A DNA stretch of 64,000 nt from assembly GCA_031963465.1 (NCBI GenBank), contig JASSUG010000003.1, positions 117,982-181,981 of the forward strand, in the 5' to 3' direction. Below the pieces are notes generated by a model. That model searched no databases, was not told the DNA's origin, and was given only the letters and a program-made list of their open reading frames with translations. The stretch's first letter is position 1; the number at the start of each line of letters is the position of its first letter. A program made the position numbers and the translations under genes. Positions 1-9,994 of this stretch are shown piece after piece. The DNA is from Mycoavidus cysteinexigens. GTDB lineage: Bacteria; Pseudomonadota; Gammaproteobacteria; Burkholderiales; Burkholderiaceae.

Positions 1-137
1 TTGGCATATTGCTTCCACGGCACGAGCTTAACTAAAAAACGAGTGCCATCGGCAATCACAATTTGCTCGCCCGCCAGCGCCGCCTCAATGAGGCCGCATA
101 ACTTGATCTGTGCTTCATAAATATCGACTACTCGCAT
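1..137 (-). CDS. Phd/YefM-type antitoxin, N-terminal part (gene runs off the left edge)
   Basis: Reverse-strand ATG at 137-135. Translation MRVVDIYEAQIKLCGLIEAALAGEQIVIADGTRFLVKLVPW has the typical antitoxin N-terminus pattern (eAk..L..Li..a..Ge.v.I...G...LvP). Absent from the ORF track because it is open-ended. Confidence 0.5.
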   Translation of the reverse strand, partial: MRVVDIYEAQIKLCGLIEAALAGEQIVIADGTRFLVKLVPWKQYA

Positions 138-288
138 TATTGAATCTCCATCTATTTAACCTATTAAAGTTATATTTATTCTATTTGGTTTTAATTGAGG
201 GCGCAAGCTTATTGATGCAATTTTTGTGTATGATCTTTGCTACAGTGGTCTCGCCAAGGCTGGAGCTGAATTAAAAGAAGGGCGCTAG

Positions 289-345
289 ATGAATTTATTT
301 GTCACTGGGGCGAGTGGTTTTTTGGGGGCGCATACCATCGTTCAA
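289..345 (+). pseudogene. stub of an NAD-dependent epimerase/dehydratase (Rossmann N-terminus only)
   Basis: ATG at 289. MNLFVTGASGFLGAHTIV is the classic TGxxGxxG start of SDR epimerases. Similarity then stops and the frame runs into the 3' end of the convergent prlC. Confidence 0.3.
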
Positions 346-379
346 CAGCCTCCGATTTTAGAGGCTGTTTCGGCTATCT

Positions 380-2455
380 TTAAGCGTTCATCCCGTGGTG
401 GCGCAACAGCGCATCAAGCGTGGGTTCACGACCGCGAAACGCGGTGAATGACGCCATCGCGGGCCGACTGCCCCCGGTTTCAAGTATTTCTGTGCGGTAG
501 CGAGCGCCGATAATCGGGTCAAGGACGTTGCCATTTTGGGCTTGCGCGGCTTCTTCGAACGCCGCATAAGCATCGGCGGATAACACTTCGGCCCATTTAT
601 AGCTGTAATAGCCGGCCGCATAGCCGCCTGCAAAAATATGGCTGAAGGTATTTGGCCAGCGCGAGAACGGGGCCTGCGAGATGACATGGTAGGTGTCATT
701 CAGAGTGCGTGCCAGTTCGTCGATGCGGGTGGTGCCAGTCGGGTCAAAGTCAGTATGTAAATGCAAATCAAACATCGACAAAACAACCTGCCTGAGCGTG
801 CCTAAACCACTTTGAAAATTTTTGGCGGCCAGCATTTTGTCAAACAGAGTTCGCGGTAATGGCTCGCCAGTATCAATATGCGCGCTCATGGCGTGCAGTA
901 CTTCCCATTCCCAGCAGAAGTTTTCCATAAATTGCGACGGCAATTCAACCGCATCCCATTCAACGCCATTAATGCCGGAGACGGCGAGTTCATCAATGCG
1001 CGTGAGCATATGGTGCAGCCCGTGGCCGAATTCATGGAACAGGGTAATCACGTCATCGTGCGTGAAGCAGGCAGGTTTGTCGCCAATCGGTGCTGAGAAA
1101 TTACACACTAAGTAGGCAGCAGGCGTTTGAATGGCGCCATCTTGCTGGCGACAACGAGCCCGGGCATCATCCATCCAGGCGCCGCCACGTTTGCCTTCGC
1201 GGGCGTAAAGGTCAAGGTAGAAGTGTGCGATTAATTGACCACTGGCGTTTTCGATACGGAAAAATCGTACATCGGGGTGCCAGGCCGGCGCGTGGTCAGC
1301 GCGCAAAGTAATATTAAAAAGCGTTTCGGCAACTTTGAATAGACCGGCAAGTACGGTATTTTCAGGGAAATACTGTTTGACTTCATTTTCAGAAAACGCG
1401 TAGCGCTGCTCACGCAATTTTTCAGAGGCAAAGGTAATATCCCATGGCGCCAGTTCGGCCAAGCCAAGCTCACTGGCGGCAAAATCTTGTAATTGCTGCC
1501 AGTCTTTTTCTGCATAGGGGCGGGCGCGTTGCGCTAGATCATCAAGAAACTGTTTGACTTGTGCCGGGGATTCGGCCATTTTGGAGGCCAGTGACACTTC
1601 AGCGAAATTGGCGTAACCGAGCATCTGCGCTTCTTCGGCGCGCAAGGTAAGCTGTTCGATGATATTTTGGGTATTGTCCCACTCAAGCTTACCGTTGCTG
1701 TATTGGACGCCCAATTCTGATGCCCGGCTATGATATGCCCGGTACATTGCCTCGCGCAGTGGCCGATGTTGAGCCGATTGCATCACCGGGAAATATGACG
1801 GGAAATGCAAGCTAAAGGCCCAGCCTGCTTGCCCATTTTTAGTCGCCAGATGACGCGCGCTCTCGCGCACATCAGTGGGCAAGCCGGCCAACTCAGCCTC
1901 ATTGGTCACTAGATATGAATAGGCATTGGTGGCATCCAGCACGTGGTCAGAAAAGGCTTTTGATAAATTCGCTTGACGCTCTTGCAAGGCCGCAAAACGT
2001 GGCTTGCTGGCATCATCTAGCTCAGCGCCGGCAAGCCTGAATTCGCGTAGCGCGTTATCGAGGATTTTTTTACGTGCCGCAGATAAGTCTGAGTTGTCGG
2101 GGTTTGCCGCAATCGCCTTATATTTTTCGTAGAGTGCTAAATTTTGGCCGACGTTGGTCCAGAATTCAGTGACACGTGGGAGGTTTTCGCTATGCGCGGC
2201 GCGTAGTTCTGGGGTGTCAGCCACCGCCTTGAGGTGGCCAATGACGCCCCACGCGCGCGACAGCGGCTCGGTTGCGCGCTCGACGGCCGCCACTATATTT
2301 TGCCAGTCGGTCGGCGTGTCAGCTGCGCTGGCACGCTCAATGGCAGCGGTTGCATTGGCGAGCAACTCATCCAGCGCGGGTGTGACGTGTTCGGCGCGAA
2401 TCTGCGCAAAGCGTGGTAAATCGGAAAAGTCGAGCAGCGGATTATCAGATTTCAT
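380..2455 (-). CDS. prlC: oligopeptidase A (M3 zinc metallopeptidase)
   Basis: HEFGH zinc motif and full-length M3 family layout. I prefer the ATG at 2455 (MKSDNPLLDFSDLPRF, like the enterobacterial PrlC N-terminus), which leaves 7 nt to the folD stop. The ORF-track start at 2515 would overlap folD by 53 nt. Confidence 0.9.
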   Translation of the reverse strand: MKSDNPLLDFSDLPRFAQIRAEHVTPALDELLANATAAIERASAADTPTDWQNIVAAVERATEPLSRAWGVIGHLKAVADTPELRAAHSENLPRVTEFWTNVGQNLALYEKYKAIAANPDNSDLSAARKKILDNALREFRLAGAELDDASKPRFAALQERQANLSKAFSDHVLDATNAYSYLVTNEAELAGLPTDVRESARHLATKNGQAGWAFSLHFPSYFPVMQSAQHRPLREAMYRAYHSRASELGVQYSNGKLEWDNTQNIIEQLTLRAEEAQMLGYANFAEVSLASKMAESPAQVKQFLDDLAQRARPYAEKDWQQLQDFAASELGLAELAPWDITFASEKLREQRYAFSENEVKQYFPENTVLAGLFKVAETLFNITLRADHAPAWHPDVRFFRIENASGQLIAHFYLDLYAREGKRGGAWMDDARARCRQQDGAIQTPAAYLVCNFSAPIGDKPACFTHDDVITLFHEFGHGLHHMLTRIDELAVSGINGVEWDAVELPSQFMENFCWEWEVLHAMSAHIDTGEPLPRTLFDKMLAAKNFQSGLGTLRQVVLSMFDLHLHTDFDPTGTTRIDELARTLNDTYHVISQAPFSRWPNTFSHIFAGGYAAGYYSYKWAEVLSADAYAAFEEAAQAQNGNVLDPIIGARYRTEILETGGSRPAMASFTAFRGREPTLDALLRHHGMNA

Positions 2456-2462
2456 AAAATTT

Positions 2463-3338
2463 TTAAGCGATCTGTGAATTGAGATGATCTGTACATGCTT
2501 GTTCGGCCGCTTCAACGGTATTCACAAGCAACATGGTAATGGTCATTGGACCGACGCCGCCAGGTACCGGCGTGATGTGGCCAGCCACTTCTTTGACCTG
2601 TTCAAAATCAACATCGCCGCACAGTTTACCTGTGTCATCACGGTTCATGCCAACATCAATCACGGTCGCACCGGGTTTAACCATATCGGCCGTCAGGAGA
2701 TTGCGCTGACCGGCTGCTGCAATCACGATATCCGCTGTGCGCGTATGAGCGGCCAGGTCCCGCGTTTTGCTATGGCAGAGGGTGACCGTGGCGCCAGCCT
2801 CAAGTAACAGCAGCGCCATCGGTTTGCCGACAATATTTGAGCGGCCAATCACGACCGCCTCGGCGCCGCTCAGCGGAATCTTTGCAGCTTGCAGCATGAT
2901 CATGACACCATATGGCGTACAGGGTCGAAAGCGCGGTTGGCCAGTGAGTAAGGCTCCGGCGTTTGCCACATGAAAGCCATCCACGTCTTTAGCCGCGGAA
3001 ATGGCTTCAATCACTTTATGGCTGTTAATGTGCGCCGGCAGAGGCAATTGCACCAAAATGCCGTGAATGGCTGGGTCGCGATTGAGCATCTCAATGCGCG
3101 CTAGCAACTCGGCTTCACTGAAATTTGCTGGGTAACGGTCGCATGAAGAATGCAGGCCATGTTCCTCACAGGCTTTCACTTTATTGCGGACATAGACAGC
3201 ACTGGCTGGATTGTCGCCGACTAATATCACCGCCAGCCCAGGCCGGCATCCTTGTTGGGCAAGAGTAGCCGCGCGCGCGGCGACGTCAGCGCGGACAATT
3301 TTTGAGAGGGCGTTGCCGTTAATTAAAGTAGCGGTCAT
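2463..3338 (-). CDS. folD: bifunctional methylenetetrahydrofolate dehydrogenase / methenyl-THF cyclohydrolase
   Basis: 291 aa. Typical FolD sequence throughout ([33 protein letters not shown]). Confidence 0.93.
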   Translation of the reverse strand: MTATLINGNALSKIVRADVAARAATLAQQGCRPGLAVILVGDNPASAVYVRNKVKACEEHGLHSSCDRYPANFSEAELLARIEMLNRDPAIHGILVQLPLPAHINSHKVIEAISAAKDVDGFHVANAGALLTGQPRFRPCTPYGVMIMLQAAKIPLSGAEAVVIGRSNIVGKPMALLLLEAGATVTLCHSKTRDLAAHTRTADIVIAAAGQRNLLTADMVKPGATVIDVGMNRDDTGKLCGDVDFEQVKEVAGHITPVPGGVGPMTITMLLVNTVEAAEQACTDHLNSQIA

Positions 3339-3714
3339 GATGATCGTAGAGGATGAATTGTGTAGTCCGGTAAAATTGTCGAGTGTCGATGAGGCTACAC
3401 AACAAATACCTGGTTGATGGAAAGCAACACATTATACTGGCTATATCATTGCTGCAAAGAGACCTGGTTATTCTCAACGCGTGTTTGATCTTTGTCACGG
3501 GCGGCGCTCACCGAGCATTGTTTTATCCCCAATTTTATGTTGCAATGCAATAATTTTTCACATTATGGGAATATGTCCCGTAATTTGGAAATTCTTCTTG
3601 CATTGCTGAATGTGCGCTCTTTACAATTTGGACGTTAAGACCTGTTTCGGCTTAAATCGCTTTCTAAAGCGAAATACGTCAAACAGGGAAACAGTTCTTT
3701 CATCAGGAGACAAA

Positions 3715-6408
3715 ATGTCTGCCGTACCCAAGGAAGTGTTGAAATATATTGCTGTTGAACACGATGAAGATCCCGAAGAAACGGGTGAGTGGCTAGAGGC
3801 GCTTGAAGGCGTGCTGGCCAGTGTTGGCCCGCAACGTGCTCACTATTTGATTGAAAAACAGATTGAGCTCGCCCGCTTGCGCGGCGCTCATTTGCCATTT
3901 TCGGCAACCACGCCTTATATCAATACGATTCCAGTTGAGCAGCAAGTGCAATATCCTGGGGACTCGGACATTGAACACCGCATTCGATCCTATACGCGCT
4001 GGAATGCCGTTGCGATGGTCTTGCGCGCAGGTAAAGAGACGAACGTAGGTGGCCATATCGCCTCCTTTGCCTCTGCCGCGACGCTGTATGACGTAGGCTT
4101 TAACCATTTCTGGCATGCCCCTTCTAAGGAGCATGGGGGCGATTTGATTTTTATGCAGGGCCATTCGTCGCCGGGCATTTATTCGCGAGCCTTTTTGTTG
4201 GGCCGGCTGACGCAAGAGCAACTGGACAATTTCCGCCAAGAAGTAGGGGGCAACGGCATTTCGTCTTATCCGCATCCATGGTTAATGCCGGATTTTTGGC
4301 AATTTCCAACTGTTTCGATGGGGTTGGGGCCAATTATGTCGATTTATCAGGCGCGCTTCATGAAGTACCTAGCGATGCGTGGCATCGTTCAAACCGAAGG
4401 GCGCAAAGTATGGGCCTTTTTGGGTGATGGCGAGACCGATGAGCCCGAGTCCCTTGGTGCGATTGGCATGGCCGGCCGCGAACGGCTCGATAATCTGGTG
4501 TTTGTAGTGAACTGCAATCTACAGCGGCTCGATGGTCCGGTGCGTGGCAGTGGTTCGATTATCCAGGAATTGGAGTCTTCCTTCCGTGGTGCGGGCTGGA
4601 ATGTGATTAAGGTGGTTTGGGGCAGCCGCTGGGATGCTTTGTTTGCCCGTGATAAAACGGGTGTACTGATGCGCCGCATGAGAGAAGTCGTCGATGGCGA
4701 ATACCAAACCTACAAATCGGAAAGTGGCGCTTTTGTGCGCGAGCATTTTTTCAATACCCCAGCGCTTAAAGCATTAGTCTCAGATTGGTCAGATGACGAT
4801 ATTTGGAATTTAAATCGTGGTGGCCACGATCCGCATAAAATTTATGCGGCTTTCTCCGCCGCATCGCAAGCGTGTGGCCAGCCCACCGTGATTTTAGCCA
4901 AAACCATTAAAGGCTACGGCATGGGTGAGGCCGGCCAAGCGATGAATATCACTCATCAGCAAAAGAAAATGCCAATTGATGCGCTGAAAAAATTCCGCGA
5001 TCAATTCCGCTTACCGATTACAGATGAAGCCCTGGCCGAGGTCCCTTACCTGAAATTTGAAGAGGGTTCAAAAGAGCTGACCTATATGCGGCAACAGCGC
5101 ACGGCGTTAGGCGGTTATTTGCCCGCTCGCCGGGCTAAGGCTGAGCCGTTGCCCGTGCCCGCGTTAACCAGTTTTGAGCCGGTTTTAAAAGGCACCGGAG
5201 AAGGCCGCGAGATTTCAACAACGATGGCTTTTGTGCGGATTTTAAATATCTTGCTCAAAGATAAAGCGTTGGGTAAGCGGATCGTGCCGATTGTGCCGGA
5301 TGAGTCGCGGACCTTCGGCATGGAAGGTTTGTTCCGGCAGATTGGCATTTGGAATCAGGACGGCCAAAAATATGTGCCGGAGGATTCTGATCAGCTGATG
5401 TTTTATAAAGAATCAAAAACCGGCCAAATTTTACAAGAAGGGATTAACGAAGCAGGCGGGATGTGCGACTGGATCGCGGCGGCAACGGCGTATTCAACGC
5501 ACGGCGAGCAGATGATTCCCTTCTATATCTTTTATTCGATGTTTGGCTTTCAGCGGGTGGGCGATTTGGCATGGGCTGCGGCCGATATGCGCTCGCGTGG
5601 CTTTTTGCTGGGCGCGACAGCTGGGCGCACGACACTCAATGGCGAAGGGTTGCAACACGAAGATGGCCATTCGCATCTGTTTTCAGCCGGGATTCCAAAC
5701 TGCGTAAGCTATGATCCGACATTTGGCTATGAGCTCGCGGTGATTATGCAAGATGGCTTGCGCCGGATGGTGCAGGAGCAAGAAGACGTTTATTACTATA
5801 TTACGGTAATGAATGAAAACTACGAGCATCCGGCATTGCCGGCAGGCATTGAGCAAGATATTGTGAAAGGCATGTATTGCTTTAAGAAAGCCGATCCTCA
5901 GCAGGACACAATGCCCCGCGTGCAACTGCTCGGTTCAGGGACCATTTTCAATGAAGTGATTGCGGCTGCCGACCTACTAGCAAAAGATTGGGGGGTGGTG
6001 GCCGACCTATGGGGGTGCCCAAGCTTTACCGAGCTTGCTCGAGATGGGCAAGCCACTGAGCGACACAATCTACTCCATCCTGCTGAGGCGCCAAAGCACT
6101 CTCACGTTGAGACATTGCTAAAAGACGCCAAAGGCCCAGTGATTGCGGCAACGGATTATGTACGCGCCTTTGCCGAGCAAATCCGGGCTTTTGTGCCAGG
6201 TCGCTATGTGGTGTTGGGGACGGATGGTTTTGGCCGCTCGGATACACGCGAGAAGCTGCGCCACTTCTTTGAGGTTGATCGCTACTGGGTCACCGTGGCG
6301 GCGCTCAAAGCCTTGGCGGATGAAGGCGCGATTAAGCCACAGCGGGTGGCTGAAGCATTAGCCAAATATCAACTCGATCCGGCTAAACCTAACCCAATGA
6401 CTGTTTAG
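3715..6408 (+). CDS. aceE: pyruvate dehydrogenase E1 component (homodimeric type)
   Basis: 897 aa from the ATG at 3715, preceded by AGGAGA at 3705-3710. N-terminus DEDPEETGEWLEALEGV and the ThDP-binding GDGE...NCN motif are present. The ORF-track start at 3610 has no RBS. Confidence 0.93.
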   Translation: MSAVPKEVLKYIAVEHDEDPEETGEWLEALEGVLASVGPQRAHYLIEKQIELARLRGAHLPFSATTPYINTIPVEQQVQYPGDSDIEHRIRSYTRWNAVAMVLRAGKETNVGGHIASFASAATLYDVGFNHFWHAPSKEHGGDLIFMQGHSSPGIYSRAFLLGRLTQEQLDNFRQEVGGNGISSYPHPWLMPDFWQFPTVSMGLGPIMSIYQARFMKYLAMRGIVQTEGRKVWAFLGDGETDEPESLGAIGMAGRERLDNLVFVVNCNLQRLDGPVRGSGSIIQELESSFRGAGWNVIKVVWGSRWDALFARDKTGVLMRRMREVVDGEYQTYKSESGAFVREHFFNTPALKALVSDWSDDDIWNLNRGGHDPHKIYAAFSAASQACGQPTVILAKTIKGYGMGEAGQAMNITHQQKKMPIDALKKFRDQFRLPITDEALAEVPYLKFEEGSKELTYMRQQRTALGGYLPARRAKAEPLPVPALTSFEPVLKGTGEGREISTTMAFVRILNILLKDKALGKRIVPIVPDESRTFGMEGLFRQIGIWNQDGQKYVPEDSDQLMFYKESKTGQILQEGINEAGGMCDWIAAATAYSTHGEQMIPFYIFYSMFGFQRVGDLAWAAADMRSRGFLLGATAGRTTLNGEGLQHEDGHSHLFSAGIPNCVSYDPTFGYELAVIMQDGLRRMVQEQEDVYYYITVMNENYEHPALPAGIEQDIVKGMYCFKKADPQQDTMPRVQLLGSGTIFNEVIAAADLLAKDWGVVADLWGCPSFTELARDGQATERHNLLHPAEAPKHSHVETLLKDAKGPVIAATDYVRAFAEQIRAFVPGRYVVLGTDGFGRSDTREKLRHFFEVDRYWVTVAALKALADEGAIKPQRVAEALAKYQLDPAKPNPMTV

Positions 6409-6491
6409 TAGGCCTGTCCATATCGATGTGTGGATAGGATATAGTGCAGCCCCTTATACGGGTTGCATATCCTCCTCTTAGAGAACACATA

Positions 6492-7919
6492 ATGAGTCAA
6501 ATCATTGAAATTAAAGTACCGGACATTGGCGACTACGCTGACGTGCCAGTCATTGAAGTGCTGGTGAGTCCAGGAGACATGGTTGAGGAAGAGCAGTCTT
6601 TGCTGAGTCTCGAGTCGGACAAAGCCACGATGGATATCCCGAGTCCCAGCGCTGGTCGGGTCAAAGAAATCAAAGTGAAACCCGGCGAGCGTGTTTCTCA
6701 GGGCACAGTGATTGTCTTGCTTGAGAGCGTGGCTGCAGCTCAGCTAGCCGAGCCTGCGTCGCCAGTTGAGCCGGCATCACCGGTTCAAGCAGCGGCCACG
6801 AATCGCCCTCAATTGCCGGTAGCGCAGAATACAGTCGGTGCGCCCACTGAGCAGCCGGGAGCCACCTCAGCCAATGTGAGCCCGCCGCCTCGCCCCGCGT
6901 TAGCCCCAACGCCAGCAGAGGCAACGGCTCTAACTGACCTAGCCCGCGCGCCAGCAGAGGCAACGGCTCTAACTAGCCTAGCCCACCCGCCAGCAGACCG
7001 CACGGTAAGCCATGCCAGTCCTTCAGTACGCCAATTTGCGCGCGAGCTTGGGGTCGATGTGCAGCAGATTAGCGGCAGCGGGCCTAAAGGACGTATCACC
7101 CAAGACGATGTGCGTGCTTATGTAAAGGCTGCATTGCAAGGTGGCTTGCCAGCGTCGAGCGCAGTAGCCACCAGCGCCGCTGGTGGCCTCAATTTACTTC
7201 CCTGGCCACAAGTTGCCTTCACAAAATTTGGCCCAGTCGAAGCCAAGCCCTTATCGCGTATCAAAAAAATTGCAGGGGCTAACCTGCATCGCAATTGGGT
7301 CATGATTCCCCATGTGACGAGCCATGAAGATGCCGATATTACAGAGCTTGAAGCTTTCCGGGTAAAGCTAAACCAAGAAAATAATAAAACTGCCGCCAAA
7401 GTCACCATGCTGGCTTTTTTAATCAAAGCCAGCGTTGCGGCGCTTAAACAATGCCCCAGCTTTAATACCAGTCTGGATGGTGATAACCTGATTTATAAAC
7501 AGTACTACCACATTGGCTTTGCGGTAGATACCCCGAATGGTCTGGTGGTGCCGGTGATTCGAGACGCCGATCAAAAAGGGGTGCAAGAGATTGCACAAGA
7601 GACCGCAGAATTGGCTCAACTTGCCCGCGAAGGCAAGCTAAAATCTGACCAGATGCAGGGTGGTTGTTTTTCAATTTCTTCGTTAGGCGGTATTGGCGGC
7701 ACCTACTTCACGCCGATTATCAACGCGCCTGAAGTGGCTATTTTGGGCGTTTGCCGTAGTGCGCTAAGCCCGGTATGGGATGGTCAGCAGTTCATGCCAC
7801 GTCTTATGCTACCGCTTTCTTTATCGTATGACCATCGGGTTATCGATGGCGCTGAAGCGGCTCGTTTTAACGCCTATCTGGCTGCTGTGCTAGCCGATTT
7901 CCGCCGTGTAACCCTGTAG
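6492..7919 (+). CDS. aceF: dihydrolipoamide acetyltransferase E2 (one lipoyl domain, E3-binding domain, catalytic domain)
   Basis: ATG at 6492 (MSQIIEIKVPDIGD). Lipoyl-lysine motif LESDKATMDIPS, Ala/Pro linker, subunit-binding segment PSVRQFARELGVD...GSGPKGRI, and catalytic DHRVIDG. Confidence 0.92.
   Translation: MSQIIEIKVPDIGDYADVPVIEVLVSPGDMVEEEQSLLSLESDKATMDIPSPSAGRVKEIKVKPGERVSQGTVIVLLESVAAAQLAEPASPVEPASPVQAAATNRPQLPVAQNTVGAPTEQPGATSANVSPPPRPALAPTPAEATALTDLARAPAEATALTSLAHPPADRTVSHASPSVRQFARELGVDVQQISGSGPKGRITQDDVRAYVKAALQGGLPASSAVATSAAGGLNLLPWPQVAFTKFGPVEAKPLSRIKKIAGANLHRNWVMIPHVTSHEDADITELEAFRVKLNQENNKTAAKVTMLAFLIKASVAALKQCPSFNTSLDGDNLIYKQYYHIGFAVDTPNGLVVPVIRDADQKGVQEIAQETAELAQLAREGKLKSDQMQGGCFSISSLGGIGGTYFTPIINAPEVAILGVCRSALSPVWDGQQFMPRLMLPLSLSYDHRVIDGAEAARFNAYLAAVLADFRRVTL
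6912..6997 (+). repeat. in-frame 39-nt tandem repeat (2.2 copies) in the E2 inter-domain linker
   Basis: ccagcagaggcaacggctctaactgacctagcccgcgcg is followed by ccagcagaggcaacggctctaactagcctagcccacccg and then ccagcaga. This encodes PAEATALTDLARA / PAEATALTSLAHP / PAD. Confidence 0.9.
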
Positions 7920-7933
7920 TAAAGGTTTGATAG

Positions 7934-9385
7934 ATGAGTTCAATTGAAACTAAACAGCCGCCAGCAGCGGAGCCGGTGGCGTGTGATTTACTGGTACTAG
8001 GTGCTGGGCCCGGTGGCTATGCGGCAGCGTTTCGAGCCGCTGATCTTGGCTTGAACACGGTACTGGTTGAACGTTACCCAACGCTTGGCGGGGTTTGTTT
8101 AAATGTCGGCTGCATTCCGTCCAAAGCCTTGCTCCATACCGCGCAAATTAGCGCCGAAGTGAAAGCCTTGGCGGCGCACGGTATCTCGTTTGGCGAAGCA
8201 CAAATCGATTTAAATAAACTGCGTGCCTTTAAATCTGGGGTGGTCGCCAAGCTAACCGGCGGCTTAGCGCAGATGGCCAAAGCGCGTAAAGTGCAAGTTA
8301 TAAATGGGGTCGGTGAATTTACTGGCCCTCACCAACTGGCCGTCCAAGCCGAAGCCGGTCAGGTGCGCCAGGTCAAATTCAAGCACGCCATTATTGCGGC
8401 AGGCTCACAGTCAATACCGTTGCCTTTTATGCCGGCTGACCCGCGCATCGTTGATTCAACGGGCGCACTTGAATTGCGGCAGATGCCACAGCGCATGTTG
8501 GTGATTGGCGGTGGCATCATCGGCCTTGAAATGGCAACCGTTTATTCAGCGCTTGGCGCGCAAGTTGATATTGTTGAAATGTCGGATACCCTGATGGCTG
8601 GGGCCGATCGTGATTTGGTCAAAGTATGGGAAAAATTTAATGCGCCTCGCTTTGGGCAGATCATGCTCAAAACCAAAACGGTTCAAGCCGAAGCAAAAAA
8701 TGATGGGATTCATGTTAGTTTTGAAGGTGCGCAGGCGCCTAGCAGTGCCCAATGTTATGACCTCGTATTGCTAGCCGTAGGGCGTAAGCCCAATGGCCAT
8801 AAAGTCGGCGCCGACAAAGCCGGGGTCCAGGTCAATGAGCGCGGCTTTATCCTCGTTGACCAACAGCAACGCACCAATGTGCCGCATATTTTTGCGATTG
8901 GTGACGTTGTGGGTCAGCCTATGTTGGCCCATAAAGCCGTGCACGAAGGGCATATTGCGGCAGAAGTCGCCGCCGGCCAGAAAGCGTATTTTGATGCGTG
9001 TCAGATTCCTTCGGTGGCCTATACGGATCCAGAAGTGGCGTGGACGGGCAAAACGGAAGCCCAGTGTCAAGCAGCAGGCATTCAATACGGCAAAGCCGTA
9101 TTTCCGTGGGCCGCTTCCGGCCGAGCGATTGCCAATGGCCGCGATGAAGGCCTCACCAAACTGATTTTTGACCAAACTACGCACCGTGTGATTGGCGGCG
9201 GGATTGTCGGTACCAGCGCGGGAGATCTGATTGGCGAGCTTTGCCTGGCGATTGAGATGGGGGCAGACGCCGCCGATATAGGTAAAACGATCCATCCTCA
9301 CCCGACGCTCAGCGAATCAATTGGTATGGCGGCCGAACTGTTTGAAGGCGTCTGCACGGACTTACCTGCGCAACGAAAGAAATAA
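7934..9385 (+). CDS. lpdA: dihydrolipoyl dehydrogenase E3
   Basis: 483 aa. FAD motif GAGPGGY, redox-active CLNVGCIPSK, C-terminal HPHPTLSE interface motif. Confidence 0.93.
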   Translation: MSSIETKQPPAAEPVACDLLVLGAGPGGYAAAFRAADLGLNTVLVERYPTLGGVCLNVGCIPSKALLHTAQISAEVKALAAHGISFGEAQIDLNKLRAFKSGVVAKLTGGLAQMAKARKVQVINGVGEFTGPHQLAVQAEAGQVRQVKFKHAIIAAGSQSIPLPFMPADPRIVDSTGALELRQMPQRMLVIGGGIIGLEMATVYSALGAQVDIVEMSDTLMAGADRDLVKVWEKFNAPRFGQIMLKTKTVQAEAKNDGIHVSFEGAQAPSSAQCYDLVLLAVGRKPNGHKVGADKAGVQVNERGFILVDQQQRTNVPHIFAIGDVVGQPMLAHKAVHEGHIAAEVAAGQKAYFDACQIPSVAYTDPEVAWTGKTEAQCQAAGIQYGKAVFPWAASGRAIANGRDEGLTKLIFDQTTHRVIGGGIVGTSAGDLIGELCLAIEMGADAADIGKTIHPHPTLSESIGMAAELFEGVCTDLPAQRKK

Positions 9386-9465
9386 CCTTGGCCGCACAGC
9401 CTACTTTATCTTTGCTAAGCTTTCCGTTAGCATCCAGACATTGAGTCAGCCCAAGGAAGGGATCT

Positions 9466-9912
9466 ATGCAAGTCTGTGACATACTGAAAGTCAAAGGGAA
9501 TACGCTTTTCACGGTAAGGCCTGAGACACCGTTGCTCGAAGCGGTGGATACCATGGCGACGCACGATATTGGTTCGTTGGTCGTGATGGAAGGGGGTAAT
9601 CTGGTGGGTCTTCTCACCTTCCGAGAGATTATTCTGACTTTGCGAGCAAGTGGCGGCGTGATTGGCGCCACCCCTATCCGTGACGTCATGAATAGCAGTC
9701 CATTGGTTTGTGCGCCTGAGACGGATGTTAATGTGGTCCGCCGCATGATGCTAGAACGACATGCACGCTATTTGCCGGTGTTAAATGAGCGCACCTTAAT
9801 GGGGGTGATTTCGTTTTACGATGTGGCGAAAGCCGTGGTTGAGGAGCAAGGTTTTGAAAACCGCATGCTCAAAGCCTATATTCGGGATTGGCCTGAAACC
9901 GAAAGCCGATGA
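9466..9912 (+). CDS. CBS-domain pair protein
   Basis: 148 aa with two CBS-like repeats (VRPETPLLEAVDTMATHDIGSLVVME and CAPETDVNVVRRMMLERHARYLPVLN). Confidence 0.75.
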   Translation: MQVCDILKVKGNTLFTVRPETPLLEAVDTMATHDIGSLVVMEGGNLVGLLTFREIILTLRASGGVIGATPIRDVMNSSPLVCAPETDVNVVRRMMLERHARYLPVLNERTLMGVISFYDVAKAVVEEQGFENRMLKAYIRDWPETESR

Positions 9913-9994
9913 AGTGGCTGCTTTGAGACGATGTACACTGAGCCGACAATGCCGCTTTTCTCAATTCTCCGTTTAATTTTTTAGGCTAGCGGAT

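Noticed and set aside
346-367. Hairpin CAGCCTC-N8-GAGGCTG, 13 nt downstream of the prlC stop, considered as its terminator.
   Set aside because: No U-tract follows on the prlC strand. It may be a remnant inside the epimerase stub, so it is not listed as a feature.
2456-2515. Longer PrlC N-terminus (start 2515) overlapping folD by 53 nt. Similar long starts are listed at 3610 (aceE), 6444 (aceF), 39588 (apbC), 45122 (lasso C), 53475 (argH) and 62431 (psd).
   Set aside because: In each case an internal ATG gives an N-terminus matching the conserved family start. Usually it also has a visible RBS or removes a gene overlap. The long forms begin at GTG/TTG codons picked by the ORF finder.
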